A stretch of DNA of 64,000 bases from a virus (lineage: Duplodnaviria; Caudoviricetes). The notes below the pieces were generated by a model. That model did no database searches. It saw only the letters and a list, made by a program, of their open reading frames with translations, and was not told the origin of the DNA. Position numbers and translations under genes: made by a program. Positions 63,585 to 64,000 of this stretch are shown here, piece by piece. The stretch covers positions 1 through 64,000 of the IMG/VR virus record IMGVR_UViG_2934734009_000001, one strand, 5' to 3'. How positions within the stretch are numbered: the first letter of the stretch is position 1; each line of letters opens with the position of its first letter.

Positions 63585-63994
63585 GTGCTGGCCTCCTTGG
63601 CGATGGCGTTCTCGTAGCAAGCGCGGGCGGCAATGAACTGGGCGTCGGTGCCGCCCCGGTCGGGATGGGCTGCGGCCATCTCGGCTTTGAGCCGGGGCAG
63701 GTCGAGATCCCACTGAGGCGGGAAGGTCTGCGGCGGCTGGGCGTGAAGCCGGAGGTCCGGCTCCCACCACTGGCCTCGCCGGGTGATCTCACCGTCGGTC
63801 TCAAGGCGGTACCGGTCGACGAACCGGATGCGCGGGCCTCGGCCATAGAGCTCGGCGTCGTAGTAGATCCGCTTCGCGGTCTTCTTCGTGATCCGGAAGG
63901 CGACGACGCTCTCGGGCTGCCAGTCGTCGTTGGCATCGAAGCGGCCGGGCTTGATGCCGTACAGGAACTCAACCTGCACCGGGGCGGCGCTCAT
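63581..63994 (-). CDS. Hypothetical protein with C-terminal partial J-domain
   Basis: ITKKT-KRIYY N-domain; AHPDRGGT-A-F--A---YE. Confidence 0.75.
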   Translation of the reverse strand: MSAAPVQVEFLYGIKPGRFDANDDWQPESVVAFRITKKTAKRIYYDAELYGRGPRIRFVDRYRLETDGEITRRGQWWEPDLRLHAQPPQTFPPQWDLDLPRLKAEMAAAHPDRGGTDAQFIAARACYENAIAKEAST

Positions 63995-64000
63995 GCGGCA

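Larger units (their letters stand above)
1..64000. mobile_element. Temperate siphovirus-type prophage / possible phage-plasmid carrying a TraB conjugation module (ends not in window)
   Basis: Full set of terminase, portal, scaffold, capsid, tail, tape measure and lysis genes, plus phage-type small early genes, across the window; no host housekeeping genes. Confidence 0.93.

Noticed and set aside
1-64000. att sites / element boundaries
   Set aside because: No host genes or flanking direct repeat seen; cannot tell an integrated prophage from a phage-plasmid in this window

Overview
GC-rich actinobacterial DNA, probably Streptomyces. The whole window reads as one large temperate siphovirus-type prophage or phage-plasmid; no integrase or att site is visible. 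Left arm (1-9.6 kb): accessory genes, namely an ATP-dependent ligase, a secreted HNH lipoprotein, a serine-resolvase island with a zinc-ribbon/GIY-YIG gene and a HEPN-like gene, and PASTA and lipoprotein genes. Late region (9.6-38.7 kb): two paralogous GDPD-domain tail proteins, the lysis genes, an oppositely oriented exoribonuclease/HTH cassette, and a tail and head operon with a -1 frameshifting tail chaperone. The packaging module (MuF-TerS-HNH-TerL-portal) is inverted relative to the head genes. Right arm (38.7-64 kb): many small early genes, a lambda-O-like replication gene with internal iterons, and a Streptomyces-type conjugation module (TraB/FtsK translocase, adjacent clt-like 8-mer array, Spd-like membrane proteins, a divergent small repressor, two Nudix genes). 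The most unusual observations are the phage plus TraB conjugation hybrid and the covarying ~48-nt mini-tRNA-like structures inside the transfer operon. All calls come from motif reading; no database searches were run.
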